A DNA stretch of 30,007 nt from the IMG/VR virus record IMGVR_UViG_3300031857_000969, positions 1-30,007 of that record. One strand, given 5' to 3'. The notes beneath the pieces are model-generated. The model saw only the letters and a list, made by a program, of their open reading frames with translations, did not search any database and was not told the DNA's origin. Made by a program: the position numbers and the translations under genes. Positions within the stretch are counted from its first letter, which is position 1. Every line of letters starts with the position of its first letter. The stretch comes from a virus. Taxonomy: Duplodnaviria > Caudoviricetes. Of this stretch, positions 9,415 to 17,856 are shown in pieces.

Positions 9415-9791
9415 ACGTGTAGCGCCATCACCTCGCGCCTTAACTCCAGCAACGTGGCGATTTCCTCTATGTCGTCTTCGATCAGCGGTCGCGTCAGCGC
9501 CGGATTGCCCGGGTCCGGCTTGATCTGCACACACCCGAGCATCTGATCGAGGAGCGGCTCCAGGTCTTCGTATTCCGACCCGGCGAACGCGCGAGCGCCG
9601 ACGAGCGCGATTCCCGCCATGCCCATCTCCTCGATATTCGACGGGATATCCATGCCGGATCGGGCGAGGGCAAGGAACGCGCGGGCGCTCCACTTCTCTG
9701 CGGCCAGGGCCGACATTTCCGTGATTACGAACGTCTTGCCTTGGTCACGGCCGGCCGTGCCGATCGTCAGAACTTTGCTCTTGCGCGCCAT
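9312..9791 (-). CDS. Tail assembly chaperone (lambda G-like)
   Basis: Between tube and tape measure; GRDQGKTFVITEMSA...DIEEIATLLELR...LHVDF. Confidence 0.8.
   Translation of the reverse strand: MARKSKVLTIGTAGRDQGKTFVITEMSALAAEKWSARAFLALARSGMDIPSNIEEMGMAGIALVGARAFAGSEYEDLEPLLDQMLGCVQIKPDPGNPALTRPLIEDDIEEIATLLELRREVMALHVDFSVVAAWWKARAATLPQPDLSNTQTSGIDSAP
9408..9414 (-). other. Putative -1 ribosomal frameshift slippery site GGATTTT(T)
   Basis: CAC GTG GAT TTT TCC in frame 0; GGA TTT TTC in the -1 frame continues to 9184. Confidence 0.6.
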
Positions 9792-9794
9792 GGC

Positions 9795-10238
9795 TTAGAA
9801 CGGAGCCGGCGTGATGCTCTGCCACGTAATGCCGTAGCTCACGGGCTTTAGCGTCTTCCCGACGCCGGGCATGGGCGGGTAAGTCATCAGCACGCCGCGA
9901 GTGAGCGCATACTTGCGCTGCGTCGCCGGAAGGATGATCGTGCCGAAGGCGAAATACACCGTCCGTCCGGTTTCGTTCGCTTGCGCCCATTGATCGAAGA
10001 TCCCCACGCTCGGGCTGTCAGCCTGCAACGTGATCGTCTGCGACCGCTCCACGGGGACGTAGCCCGCCGACATGATGCCGTCCACGCCCATGACCGTCTG
10101 GGCGTTCTGGACGCTGTCAGTATCGAAGGCCGCGTCCGCCGCGTACCCTTGCAAGAGCTGCGGCGAATTGTACAGGCCGGTGACGCCCAGCATGTAGATG
10201 GCGTCGGCCGCTGTAATGGAGCGTGGGCGCAAGGCCAT
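9795..10238 (-). CDS. Tail tube protein
   Basis: 147 aa directly after the sheath; MGVDG.MSAG and ITLQADSPS motifs. Confidence 0.82.
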   Translation of the reverse strand: MALRPRSITAADAIYMLGVTGLYNSPQLLQGYAADAAFDTDSVQNAQTVMGVDGIMSAGYVPVERSQTITLQADSPSVGIFDQWAQANETGRTVYFAFGTIILPATQRKYALTRGVLMTYPPMPGVGKTLKPVSYGITWQSITPAPF

Positions 10239-12158
10239 CTATTGAATCTCCAGAGAGCTGAGAGTGATCGCCTGTACCGATTGGCCGTCGGTATACCAGA
10301 ACGTGCAGGGCGGCGAGCCGCGGGCCGCGCGCACCTGGGCGGAAGCGTTCTGCACCTGGAAATACCAGCCGCGCGTCTGGAGCACGTCGGAAATGTCCAA
10401 GCCCGCCGCCGCGTTGACCTGCGCAATTTGCGCGGCCGAGAGGGTCACGCCGGTACGGATGGCCCCAAACAACAGCGCCTGCGTGATCACGTCGCTGCAC
10501 GCCGTTTCGATCATGGCGTACCCGGCCGCGTTGTATGGGATCGAACGCACGGACGTCAGCAGCGACATGAGCGCGAGTTGAAACGCGCTGTTCAGCCAGA
10601 TTTGATTGACGTAGCTGTCGATCCAAAGCCATTCGCCGCTGACGCTGCCCGGGTAGAAAAACACGAATTCATCGTTCGCGGTGCCGTACGCGCCGTAGAA
10701 ATTGTACCCGTTGGCGATCAGTTGGGTGGCGATCGTCGCGTCGGTCACGCTGGCGACAAGCCCGGCCTGCGATTTGAACGCCAGCGTCGCGCGGTCGTTC
10801 AGTCGCTCGAAATCAATGCTCGCGACCGCGCCCATCAGGAACGCGCCAAGGTATTGATCGGTCGGCGAGTAGATCATGGCGGTGCCGTTGTAGCCGGCCG
10901 CCACGATGGCATACCCCGCGCTCGCGGTGTTGCTGGACGTCGTCACCGTGACGTCCGTGTCCCACATGGCGTACAGGTAGCGATCATCCTGGCCGCTCGT
11001 CCAGGCGGCGAACAGGATCTTATCCGCCGTCGATGGTTCAAACGTCGTGGTGAAACTCGCCCAGTTCTGCGACTGGGCCACCAGAGCAGTCATGTTCGTT
11101 GCGGGGACGCCCTGCGGCGCACCTTGCGACAGGGTCGCCCCGAGCGCCTGTGTGAATTTCAGGGCGGTCGCGATCGTGCCCGAGCCGTACCCAATCGTTC
11201 CGGTCCCCGGCGTACCCCCCGTGATCAGAAAACCGCCCGAAACGCTGTCGTACGTCACAATGGCCGGGCCGGCCGATACGGTCGTGCTGGACGCCGTCTG
11301 CGACGGGCTAACGATATACGTCCCCGTGCCACCCGTTCCGGTCCCCAGCGCCGTGATCACGGTGCCTGCGGTGACGCCCGAGCCGCTGAGAACCTGGCCG
11401 ACCGCCAACGCACCGGACGCGACGGCCGATACGGTCATCGTGCCGTAGGAACCCGTAATCGTGGTGGTGGTCACGGATTGCGAAATTGAGACCTGGTAGG
11501 TGCCGACCCCGTTAGCCGTGCCCGTGAGTTGCTTCAGGACCTGCGTACCGGCGGTGACGCCGGTGCCGGCCAGAATCGCGCCGATCTGGACAGAACCGGC
11601 TCCAAGCGTGCCGACCGTGAGAACGTCCCCCGTGATGCTCGCCGTCGTCGACAGGGTCGTGGTCGCCGCGATGGCGGCCGTGGTCACGGCGTCGAATGAG
11701 GCCAGCGCCGTTTGAATGGCGGTCGCGGCGGCCGAAAAGCTCGCCACGGCGGACAGGTTGATCGTGCCGGACGTTTTCGCGACGCCGTTGATGGTCACGG
11801 TCAGTGTGCCGCTCGGGACCGCCTGAAGCTCGGCCAGCGTCATGGATGACACGTCGGCGCTGCGAAGCCATGGCGCGACGCCGCGGGTGTTTGTCGGGTA
11901 TTGCGCGAACAGCATCGCGCCGGGCTTGATGCTGGAGCCGTCGAACCCGTCGAAATAGACCGCCGCCTGGGCCGCCTCCACGCTGGAGCCGCCGAAGTAG
12001 TCCACCACGGCCGCCGTGCTCCCCAGCGACAACACCGCCCCAATCGGGACTTGCGTGCTGTTCGTCAGCAGCAGGCCGGAAAGGTCCAGGCCCGTGCCCC
12101 CGGCCCCAACGACGCCGGGGTTGACGTTGACGATCTGGTTTGCGGGGATGGCGGCCAT
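10239..12158 (-). CDS. Tail sheath protein (DUF3383-like) with inserted Thr/Gly modules
   Basis: IPANQIVNVNPGV start, NGYNFYG, WIDSYVNQIWL, SIPYN..GY, RAARGSP. Confidence 0.9.
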   Translation of the reverse strand: MAAIPANQIVNVNPGVVGAGGTGLDLSGLLLTNSTQVPIGAVLSLGSTAAVVDYFGGSSVEAAQAAVYFDGFDGSSIKPGAMLFAQYPTNTRGVAPWLRSADVSSMTLAELQAVPSGTLTVTINGVAKTSGTINLSAVASFSAAATAIQTALASFDAVTTAAIAATTTLSTTASITGDVLTVGTLGAGSVQIGAILAGTGVTAGTQVLKQLTGTANGVGTYQVSISQSVTTTTITGSYGTMTVSAVASGALAVGQVLSGSGVTAGTVITALGTGTGGTGTYIVSPSQTASSTTVSAGPAIVTYDSVSGGFLITGGTPGTGTIGYGSGTIATALKFTQALGATLSQGAPQGVPATNMTALVAQSQNWASFTTTFEPSTADKILFAAWTSGQDDRYLYAMWDTDVTVTTSSNTASAGYAIVAAGYNGTAMIYSPTDQYLGAFLMGAVASIDFERLNDRATLAFKSQAGLVASVTDATIATQLIANGYNFYGAYGTANDEFVFFYPGSVSGEWLWIDSYVNQIWLNSAFQLALMSLLTSVRSIPYNAAGYAMIETACSDVITQALLFGAIRTGVTLSAAQIAQVNAAAGLDISDVLQTRGWYFQVQNASAQVRAARGSPPCTFWYTDGQSVQAITLSSLEIQ

Positions 12159-12688
12159 TAAACGGGCTCCAGGTCAACGGCGAGAGCGATTTCTACGGCG
12201 AGACTACCGGCAAACGCCTGCGGTGTCGAGACGGTGGGCGTGACCTGAATATGGGCCGTCGTGACCCATCGGTTTTCATACTGATTTTCCGCGTTCAGGA
12301 ACGGAACCTGTTGCGCGGGGTCGCAATACATTGGCCGGATATCGTCTGGAAACGCCGTCGCGCCATAGGTCGACCGAAACAGCGTGACGATGGCCTGCAC
12401 GTTGTCGGCGCTGTTCGGGCCGTGAACGTCAATTTGAATCGCAACGTCCGTCGCGGTGGCGTACGCCATGTCCGTAGGGAGCGGATCGAGTACGTCATAC
12501 GTAGCCACGGTGGTGGCCAGCCGCGTGCGCGCACCTTGCGTCAGCACGACAAAATCCGCCGCCGCGGGCTCGACCACCCGGTTGTCCTGGCCGCGCACGA
12601 CGCTCACGGTTTCGCCGATCACCCCAAGGATGAACGCCCGAAGCGCGGTGAAAATCTCAGCGTCGGTAATGTCGACCGTGAAGCTCAT
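12158..12688 (-). CDS. Tail terminator/neck protein
   Basis: GQDNRV, QIDVHGP, YENRW motifs; precedes the sheath. Confidence 0.72.
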   Translation of the reverse strand: MSFTVDITDAEIFTALRAFILGVIGETVSVVRGQDNRVVEPAAADFVVLTQGARTRLATTVATYDVLDPLPTDMAYATATDVAIQIDVHGPNSADNVQAIVTLFRSTYGATAFPDDIRPMYCDPAQQVPFLNAENQYENRWVTTAHIQVTPTVSTPQAFAGSLAVEIALAVDLEPV

Positions 12689-13089
12689 GACGGGGGGTTT
12701 ACCTGCAACGTCAGGCCGACCTTACACCAGTCGGGCCACGTCTCCATGACCGTTACCACCAGCCACGAGCCGACCGCATACGCCGGCGCGGCGGGCGAGG
12801 CCGGAATGACGATCATGTCGCCGCCCTTGCCGGTCACGCGGACCAGGCCCTGAATATCGCCGCGAACGTACGCAACGCGCTGGACGCCCTGGATATTCAA
12901 ACCGTCCAGTTGTCGGATATCGCCCCCAGACAACGGCTGCATGTCCAACGTAACCTGCGACTCCGTATTGAACGTCGGCGTGCGCGTCCCATCCGTCGCC
13001 GTGCTGTACCCGGTCGATAGCCACACCTGCCCAGCGACCGCCGGCGTGATCGCGCGGGTGGCGGCCGATGCAATGGCGTTGAGGTTCAC
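12685..13089 (-). CDS. Head closure/head-tail joining protein
   Basis: QPLSGGDIRQLDGLNIQG, ETWPDWC; position in neck cluster. Confidence 0.68.
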   Translation of the reverse strand: MNLNAIASAATRAITPAVAGQVWLSTGYSTATDGTRTPTFNTESQVTLDMQPLSGGDIRQLDGLNIQGVQRVAYVRGDIQGLVRVTGKGGDMIVIPASPAAPAYAVGSWLVVTVMETWPDWCKVGLTLQVNPPS

Positions 13090-13532
13090 GGGGAGACCTC
13101 ATAATCGATAGAGTTCAGCATATGCGACGTATCGATAAGCGGCTTCGAGAAGCCCTTGCGATCAATCGTACTCTGGGCAAGCGGCGGGCTGTTCGTGTCG
13201 ACAATCGATTGACGGAGCTGCCCCGCGATGCCCTCACCCATAAGCGCGAGCGATTGCCGGGCGTCAAAATCGTTTGCCTCCATGATGCGGCCAAGCGCGG
13301 GGCCCCACCCGTCCGACTTGTCCCGAACCATGTTTGTGAAAAACGGTCGCGGCGGAATCCCGCGTGACGGAGCGCCCCAGTTCTGAATTGCCGCAATCGT
13401 AGCAACCGGAGTGCCGTCCTCGTACGTCGCGCCCTCCAGAAACCCGACCTTAAGGGCAGCGCCGCGCGATACCTTACGCGACAGGTCCCGCAAGTACGCC
13501 GTCATCCGATCGCCGCCCCGTATGGTCGCCAT
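13086..13532 (-). CDS. Neck/tail completion (virion morphogenesis) protein
   Basis: IPPRPFF and PLAQSTIDRKGFSKPLIDT motifs. Confidence 0.75.
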   Translation of the reverse strand: MATIRGGDRMTAYLRDLSRKVSRGAALKVGFLEGATYEDGTPVATIAAIQNWGAPSRGIPPRPFFTNMVRDKSDGWGPALGRIMEANDFDARQSLALMGEGIAGQLRQSIVDTNSPPLAQSTIDRKGFSKPLIDTSHMLNSIDYEVSP

Positions 13533-13535
13533 GCG

Positions 13536-13976
13536 TCACCAAGGCCGACGAAGGGGGTAGAACGGCGTTGTCGCCGGACGCGGGGAATACTGGAATGTCC
13601 GATACCGGGCCGTCGATGCCCAGAAATTCGCGCCGGGCTGCGTTTGGTTCCACCAGGCCGCTGATCGGGGTTGCGCGCCCATGTCGGCCGTGACGCTGAC
13701 GCTGCCCTGCGTGGCGCTGGCGACGCGGCCGACGAGCCCGCTACCGCCGGCCGCTTCCGGCCGCGCGAGGGTGGCGAGATGCGCGACTACCATGCCCAGA
13801 TACATGAGCCGGGGCTGGTAGGTCACGGGGTCGCACGCGATGGGCGACAGGTCCGTGTTGTCGCAGTACAGACTCGCCTCCGCAAACAACGCCGCAGCCA
13901 GCGGGGCGTCCGTATAGAGCGCCACCGCCGGGTATCGTTGCGCCCACGTCGCGTAATCGAAGACGGCGACGGTCAC
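13536..13976 (-). CDS. Head-tail adaptor (DUF4054-like)
   Basis: GTG start at 13976 (VAVFDYATWAQRYP); VAHLA, GRVASATQGSVSV, WWNQTQPG. Confidence 0.8.
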   Translation of the reverse strand: MTVAVFDYATWAQRYPAVALYTDAPLAAALFAEASLYCDNTDLSPIACDPVTYQPRLMYLGMVVAHLATLARPEAAGGSGLVGRVASATQGSVSVTADMGAQPRSAAWWNQTQPGANFWASTARYRTFQYSPRPATTPFYPLRRPW

Positions 13977-13978
13977 GG

Positions 13979-14359
13979 CTAGGAGACCGGCTCCACGCCG
14001 CGAGGCATGTCTTTCTTGTCGCGGCTCGCGGGCTCCAGGCCGGTGCGCACGCCCGCCATTTCCTTGGCGCACGACACGGCCGACGCTTCGTCCGCCATGC
14101 TGAAAATCATTCCTTTGGCGAACGGGATGTACGTCGCGTTTTCCTTGGCCCATTGCGCCCAGAAATCCGCGTCGACCTGCGTCAGCCCGAACGCTTCATT
14201 CCCGCGACCCGCGAGAACGTGCTTGGGGATGACGTTGCCGTCCTCGTCCAGCGGGAGCCGCGAGCCGTTGAAGGTCACGGTAACGCGTTCGCCGGCTGCG
14301 TTGATGCACATGGCCTGGAGGCCGTTGGGGAGCTTACAGGCGACGGTGACGGTGTTCAT
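13979..14359 (-). CDS. Conserved phage protein following major capsid gene
   Basis: ATG at 14359 with AAGGA RBS; VTVACKLPNGL...GLTQVDADFWAQW...TGLEP. Confidence 0.7.
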   Translation of the reverse strand: MNTVTVACKLPNGLQAMCINAAGERVTVTFNGSRLPLDEDGNVIPKHVLAGRGNEAFGLTQVDADFWAQWAKENATYIPFAKGMIFSMADEASAVSCAKEMAGVRTGLEPASRDKKDMPRGVEPVS

Positions 14360-14399
14360 GATGCCGATTCCTTGGGTGGGCGGTGTTTTGTCTGCGCTA

Positions 14400-14428
14400 A
14401 CGCTACACCCCGGCGCGCAACCCGGCAA
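14400..14428 (-). promoter_or_regulatory. Possible sigma70-type promoter re-initiating after the capsid terminator
   Basis: TTGCCG-N17-TAGCGT on the minus strand between the terminator and the next RBS. Confidence 0.3.
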
Positions 14429-14432
14429 CGCG

Positions 14433-14465
14433 AAAACCCCGCCACCGGGTGAGCGGTGACGGGGT
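14433..14465 (-). terminator. Rho-independent terminator after major capsid gene
   Basis: ACCCCGTCACCG-6 nt loop-CGGTGGCGGGGT followed by a short T run, ~30 nt after the capsid stop. Confidence 0.7.
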
Positions 14466-14497
14466 CCATGCGGTAGGCGTCTCGAACCGGCGGGAGA

Positions 14498-15556
14498 CTA
14501 GACGCCCAGCATTTGCGCGATGGCGAAGGGTTGGCGGTTGATGAAGCCCCAGGTCCCTTGCGACTTCTTTTGCTTGTACGCGGACAGCTCGACCACGATC
14601 GGGTGCGCGCGCATCTTTTCGGTAAAGGCGCAGTACCCCGTGTCCTGCCCCTCCACGCTGTTCGCGAACATCTGCACGAGATTGCCGGCGGTCGTGGCGT
14701 ATTCCACGGCGGTCTTCACCGTGATGTTCGGGAAGTTCTTGGCGATCAGATCCGCGACGTTCACGTTGAACGAGTTGGTCGCGGTAAGGGCAACCTCGCT
14801 ACCCGGGGACATGGCCAGCGTCATGGGCGTGTCCATCTGGATCAAGCCGCCGGACTGCGCAACAAGCGTCAGAAACAGCGACTGGATATCGCTATAGACT
14901 TCGTTCGCGGTCGCGGTCACGACGCCGGCGGTGATCCACGGGCCGTGGGCGTTCGAACCGTACGCCTTCGCGCCGGGCTGAATCGAGGCCGTGAGGTTCG
15001 GGTCGTTCAGAATGCCGTAATTCTGTAGGCCGGAAACGCCGAAGAAATACGTCAGGTTCTGAAACTTGTTCAGCACCTGCGCGCTGGCCAGGTTGAGCTG
15101 GGCCGCCGCGCCGATCTTCGCCAGACCCATTTCCTCCAGCCACTTTTCGCCCCATTGGGTAATGGTCTGGTAGTGGAAGCTTTGGCGCTGGGGAAAGTTC
15201 GTGTTGATGCCCACGGAACCGTTGTCGTTGTAGTCGCCGTACGCCGACGTCTCGCCGGTGTTTTCAACGATCGGGAACGTCGCGGTTTTCGTAACCCAGT
15301 CGCCTTTCTTGACCTCGCCGAAGATTTCCGCGCCCTTGACGGGGCTTACGAGAATCTTGATCAGGTCCGGGTCCATGTAGTTGGCGAGATACGCCGGGAT
15401 GCCGCCGTTGCTCACCGTGACCAGCGACGGTTGCGCGTCGAAGGCCAGGCTGCAATCCTGGGCGAATTCGGGCGGCAGGAATTCGACCTGGCCCGGGAAG
15501 ATGATTCCGTACTCGCGTTCGGCGTGGGCGATTTCGGCGATGCGTTGGCGCGACAT
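14498..15556 (-). CDS. Major capsid protein (DUF2184-like, HK97 fold)
   Basis: 352 aa; KKGDW, YGDYND.G, RQSFHYQT, YFFGVSGLQNYGILNDP; followed by a terminator. Confidence 0.9.
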   Translation of the reverse strand: MSRQRIAEIAHAEREYGIIFPGQVEFLPPEFAQDCSLAFDAQPSLVTVSNGGIPAYLANYMDPDLIKILVSPVKGAEIFGEVKKGDWVTKTATFPIVENTGETSAYGDYNDNGSVGINTNFPQRQSFHYQTITQWGEKWLEEMGLAKIGAAAQLNLASAQVLNKFQNLTYFFGVSGLQNYGILNDPNLTASIQPGAKAYGSNAHGPWITAGVVTATANEVYSDIQSLFLTLVAQSGGLIQMDTPMTLAMSPGSEVALTATNSFNVNVADLIAKNFPNITVKTAVEYATTAGNLVQMFANSVEGQDTGYCAFTEKMRAHPIVVELSAYKQKKSQGTWGFINRQPFAIAQMLGV

Positions 15557-15564
15557 GACTGATC

Positions 15565-16497
15565 TTACCCCGGTTGACGCGAAGTCATTTTGACGAGCTC
15601 ACCCGCCTGCGCGAACGAAGCGGAGTACCACTTCGTTTCGACGCCGCTGGTGGCGGTGACGGTGGCGGAAGCGGCGGTTTGGGTAGGCGAGACGATGTAC
15701 GTCCCCGTGCCACCCGTTCCGGTGCCGAGCGCCGTGATGAAAGAGCCCGCCGTGACGTTCGCGCCGGCCAGAACCGAACCAACTGCCAGAGCGCCCGAAC
15801 CGACCGCCGACACGGTCATGGTGCCGTAGGTTCCGGAAACGGTCGTGCTGGCGGTCGTTTGCGGGATCGTGACCTCGTAGGTGCCGACGCCGCCGGCCGT
15901 ACCCGTGAGCTGGGCCGAAACGCGGGTGCCGGTGGTCACGCCGGTGCCGGATAGGGTCGCGCCGACAACGACGGTTCCCGAGCCGACCGCCGTAACGGTC
16001 ATGATGCCGGTATCCGCGATGCTGGCGGTCACGGAAAGGGTCGACGCGGCGATGGCGGCGGTGACGCTGGCGGCGGACGGCGGCGTGCCGGTCGCGGCGA
16101 ACGTCACCAGGCCCGTGGTGTACGCGGCGTACGCCTTCAGGCCGGGAACAACCGGGCCGGTGCCCGAGTTCACCACCCAGAAATCGCCCTGCTCGTGCAG
16201 CGTGACTTCCATTCCGGCCGGGATCGTCAGGGTCGACGCGCCCAGATACGCGGTGATGTACGCCATGTTCGACCAGCGGCCGACGAAGCCGGTCGGCAGG
16301 CCGGTGCCGGCGTTGCTCGCGTCCGTGTCGGTTGCAAGATCGGTCCAGGCGAACCGGCCGATGATGCAGCCGCCCGCAGCGGCCACAAAACCGTTTGGGT
16401 TCGTCAGGGCGACGGCGCGCGGGTTGGCGCTGGCGAAGTCACCGGCAACGGCCGGCGCCTGCGTGACGTTGACCTGGGCTTGAAAATTGGTAGCCAT
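15565..16497 (-). CDS. Capsid decoration/cement protein with inserted Thr/Gly modules
   Basis: [35 protein letters not shown]; lies between protease and capsid genes. Confidence 0.78.
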   Translation of the reverse strand: MATNFQAQVNVTQAPAVAGDFASANPRAVALTNPNGFVAAAGGCIIGRFAWTDLATDTDASNAGTGLPTGFVGRWSNMAYITAYLGASTLTIPAGMEVTLHEQGDFWVVNSGTGPVVPGLKAYAAYTTGLVTFAATGTPPSAASVTAAIAASTLSVTASIADTGIMTVTAVGSGTVVVGATLSGTGVTTGTRVSAQLTGTAGGVGTYEVTIPQTTASTTVSGTYGTMTVSAVGSGALAVGSVLAGANVTAGSFITALGTGTGGTGTYIVSPTQTAASATVTATSGVETKWYSASFAQAGELVKMTSRQPG

Positions 16498-16509
16498 GCG
16501 TCGAATTCC

Positions 16510-17856
16510 TTACGCGCGCTTGAGGGCTTGAGCAGTCGGGAACCGCTCGCGGAATTTCGCCCCGGCGGACGCGTCGTGTCGCGGCGCGGCGTCGGTCGCC
16601 ATCGTGCCCGGGGTCGGAATCATCTTCACCAGAGCGCGAAGAGCGGGCGTGCCGGTGACGCCGGTGTAGTCGACCTTCGCCGCGTCCAGCGCGACGCGGT
16701 AGACGGCGGCGGCGCTGTCCATGCCGAGCACCTCGCCGACATGCGGAAACACGTCGCGCTCCGCTTGGCGGATGGCGTTGAATTCGGAAAGCGCGCCGGC
16801 GCGAATCGCGGCGGCGTCCATGGCGGGCTTGTCCTTGTCGGGCGCGTTGTCCGGGAGCATGGCCGGGCCTTCGTCGTATTCGTCGGCGGCCGGCGCGGCA
16901 GACATGCTGCGGATGCTGGCCAGCGTTTCGTCGTCGACCTTGCCTTCGAGGAGCGCGCAAATGCGCGACACAACGTCGCCGTCGTCGTCGACCGCAGGCG
17001 GCTCGTCAGGAATCGTATCCGGCTCATCGGCCGGAAGCGCGCCCTGGACCGCGCCGATCACCTTGATCACGTCGTCGACGTCCAAACCTTCGTCGGCGGC
17101 CAGTTTGGCCGTCACGGTGCGAAGGAGGCGCGGAGCGAGGTCCTTGGTCGCCGTCGCGTAGTTGCGCCGCGTGACCTTGGCCACCAGCGGGGAGGCGTCA
17201 AACGCCATACCGGCGGCGAGGCGCGGGGCGACGAGCGCAGTAAGCGCGCCGGAAAGCATGATCGCGGTGCGGGAAGTCAGAGCCATGTGTCCCTCGATTT
17301 GACTGTCACCAACGATGACGTCTGACCCCGCTCGACCCGCCTCGACCAGAGCTACGTGATTACCGACGATGTTTCGCATAATTCCATCGTAATGCAAGCC
17401 CTTGTATGTGCCGGGGGTCATGTCCGCCACATATCGATACGCGCACGACAATTCGCGGACTTGATTGCTTTCCACGCCCGCAACGGCGGGGCCGGCCCAG
17501 ATCACAAGGGAGTTGTCGAGATACGGGTCGTTAAACGCCGCGTCGGTTCCGGTAGAACCCACTACCAGGTCCGGCATGTGGCTGGCATCGTCCAGCGCCG
17601 ACACGGGGACATGCTTGGACAGCAGCGGCAAATTGTTGAACGTCGGCGCGGCCTTGGCCAGTTCGTCCGGGTGACGCAAGAGCTGATAGACCCGGGCCGG
17701 ATCCAAACCCAGAGCGTCCGCGCCCGGAATTTCCCGCCCGTAATACGGGTTTACCGTCGCCTTGCTGATATGCGACGCGGCCACATGCAGCCGGCCGTCG
17801 ACGTCGACGTGACGCGCGCTGCGATCAAACGCCAGGGTGGCAAGGTTTTCGGTCAT
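16510..17856 (-). CDS. Prohead protease/scaffold (DUF2213-like)
   Basis: ATG at 17856 overlaps the upstream stop; ISKATVNPYYGREIP, ELSCAYRY, NHVALVEAGRAG, acidic helical C-terminal half. Confidence 0.88.
   Translation of the reverse strand: MTENLATLAFDRSARHVDVDGRLHVAASHISKATVNPYYGREIPGADALGLDPARVYQLLRHPDELAKAAPTFNNLPLLSKHVPVSALDDASHMPDLVVGSTGTDAAFNDPYLDNSLVIWAGPAVAGVESNQVRELSCAYRYVADMTPGTYKGLHYDGIMRNIVGNHVALVEAGRAGSDVIVGDSQIEGHMALTSRTAIMLSGALTALVAPRLAAGMAFDASPLVAKVTRRNYATATKDLAPRLLRTVTAKLAADEGLDVDDVIKVIGAVQGALPADEPDTIPDEPPAVDDDGDVVSRICALLEGKVDDETLASIRSMSAAPAADEYDEGPAMLPDNAPDKDKPAMDAAAIRAGALSEFNAIRQAERDVFPHVGEVLGMDSAAAVYRVALDAAKVDYTGVTGTPALRALVKMIPTPGTMATDAAPRHDASAGAKFRERFPTAQALKRA

Noticed and set aside
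9981-11489. Long plus-strand ORFs antisense to structural genes (also 3681..4742, 16195..17325, 19946..21277, 23393..24814)
   Set aside because: Typical stop-poor antisense shadows of high-GC coding DNA, with no recognisable motifs, unlike the MTase second frame.
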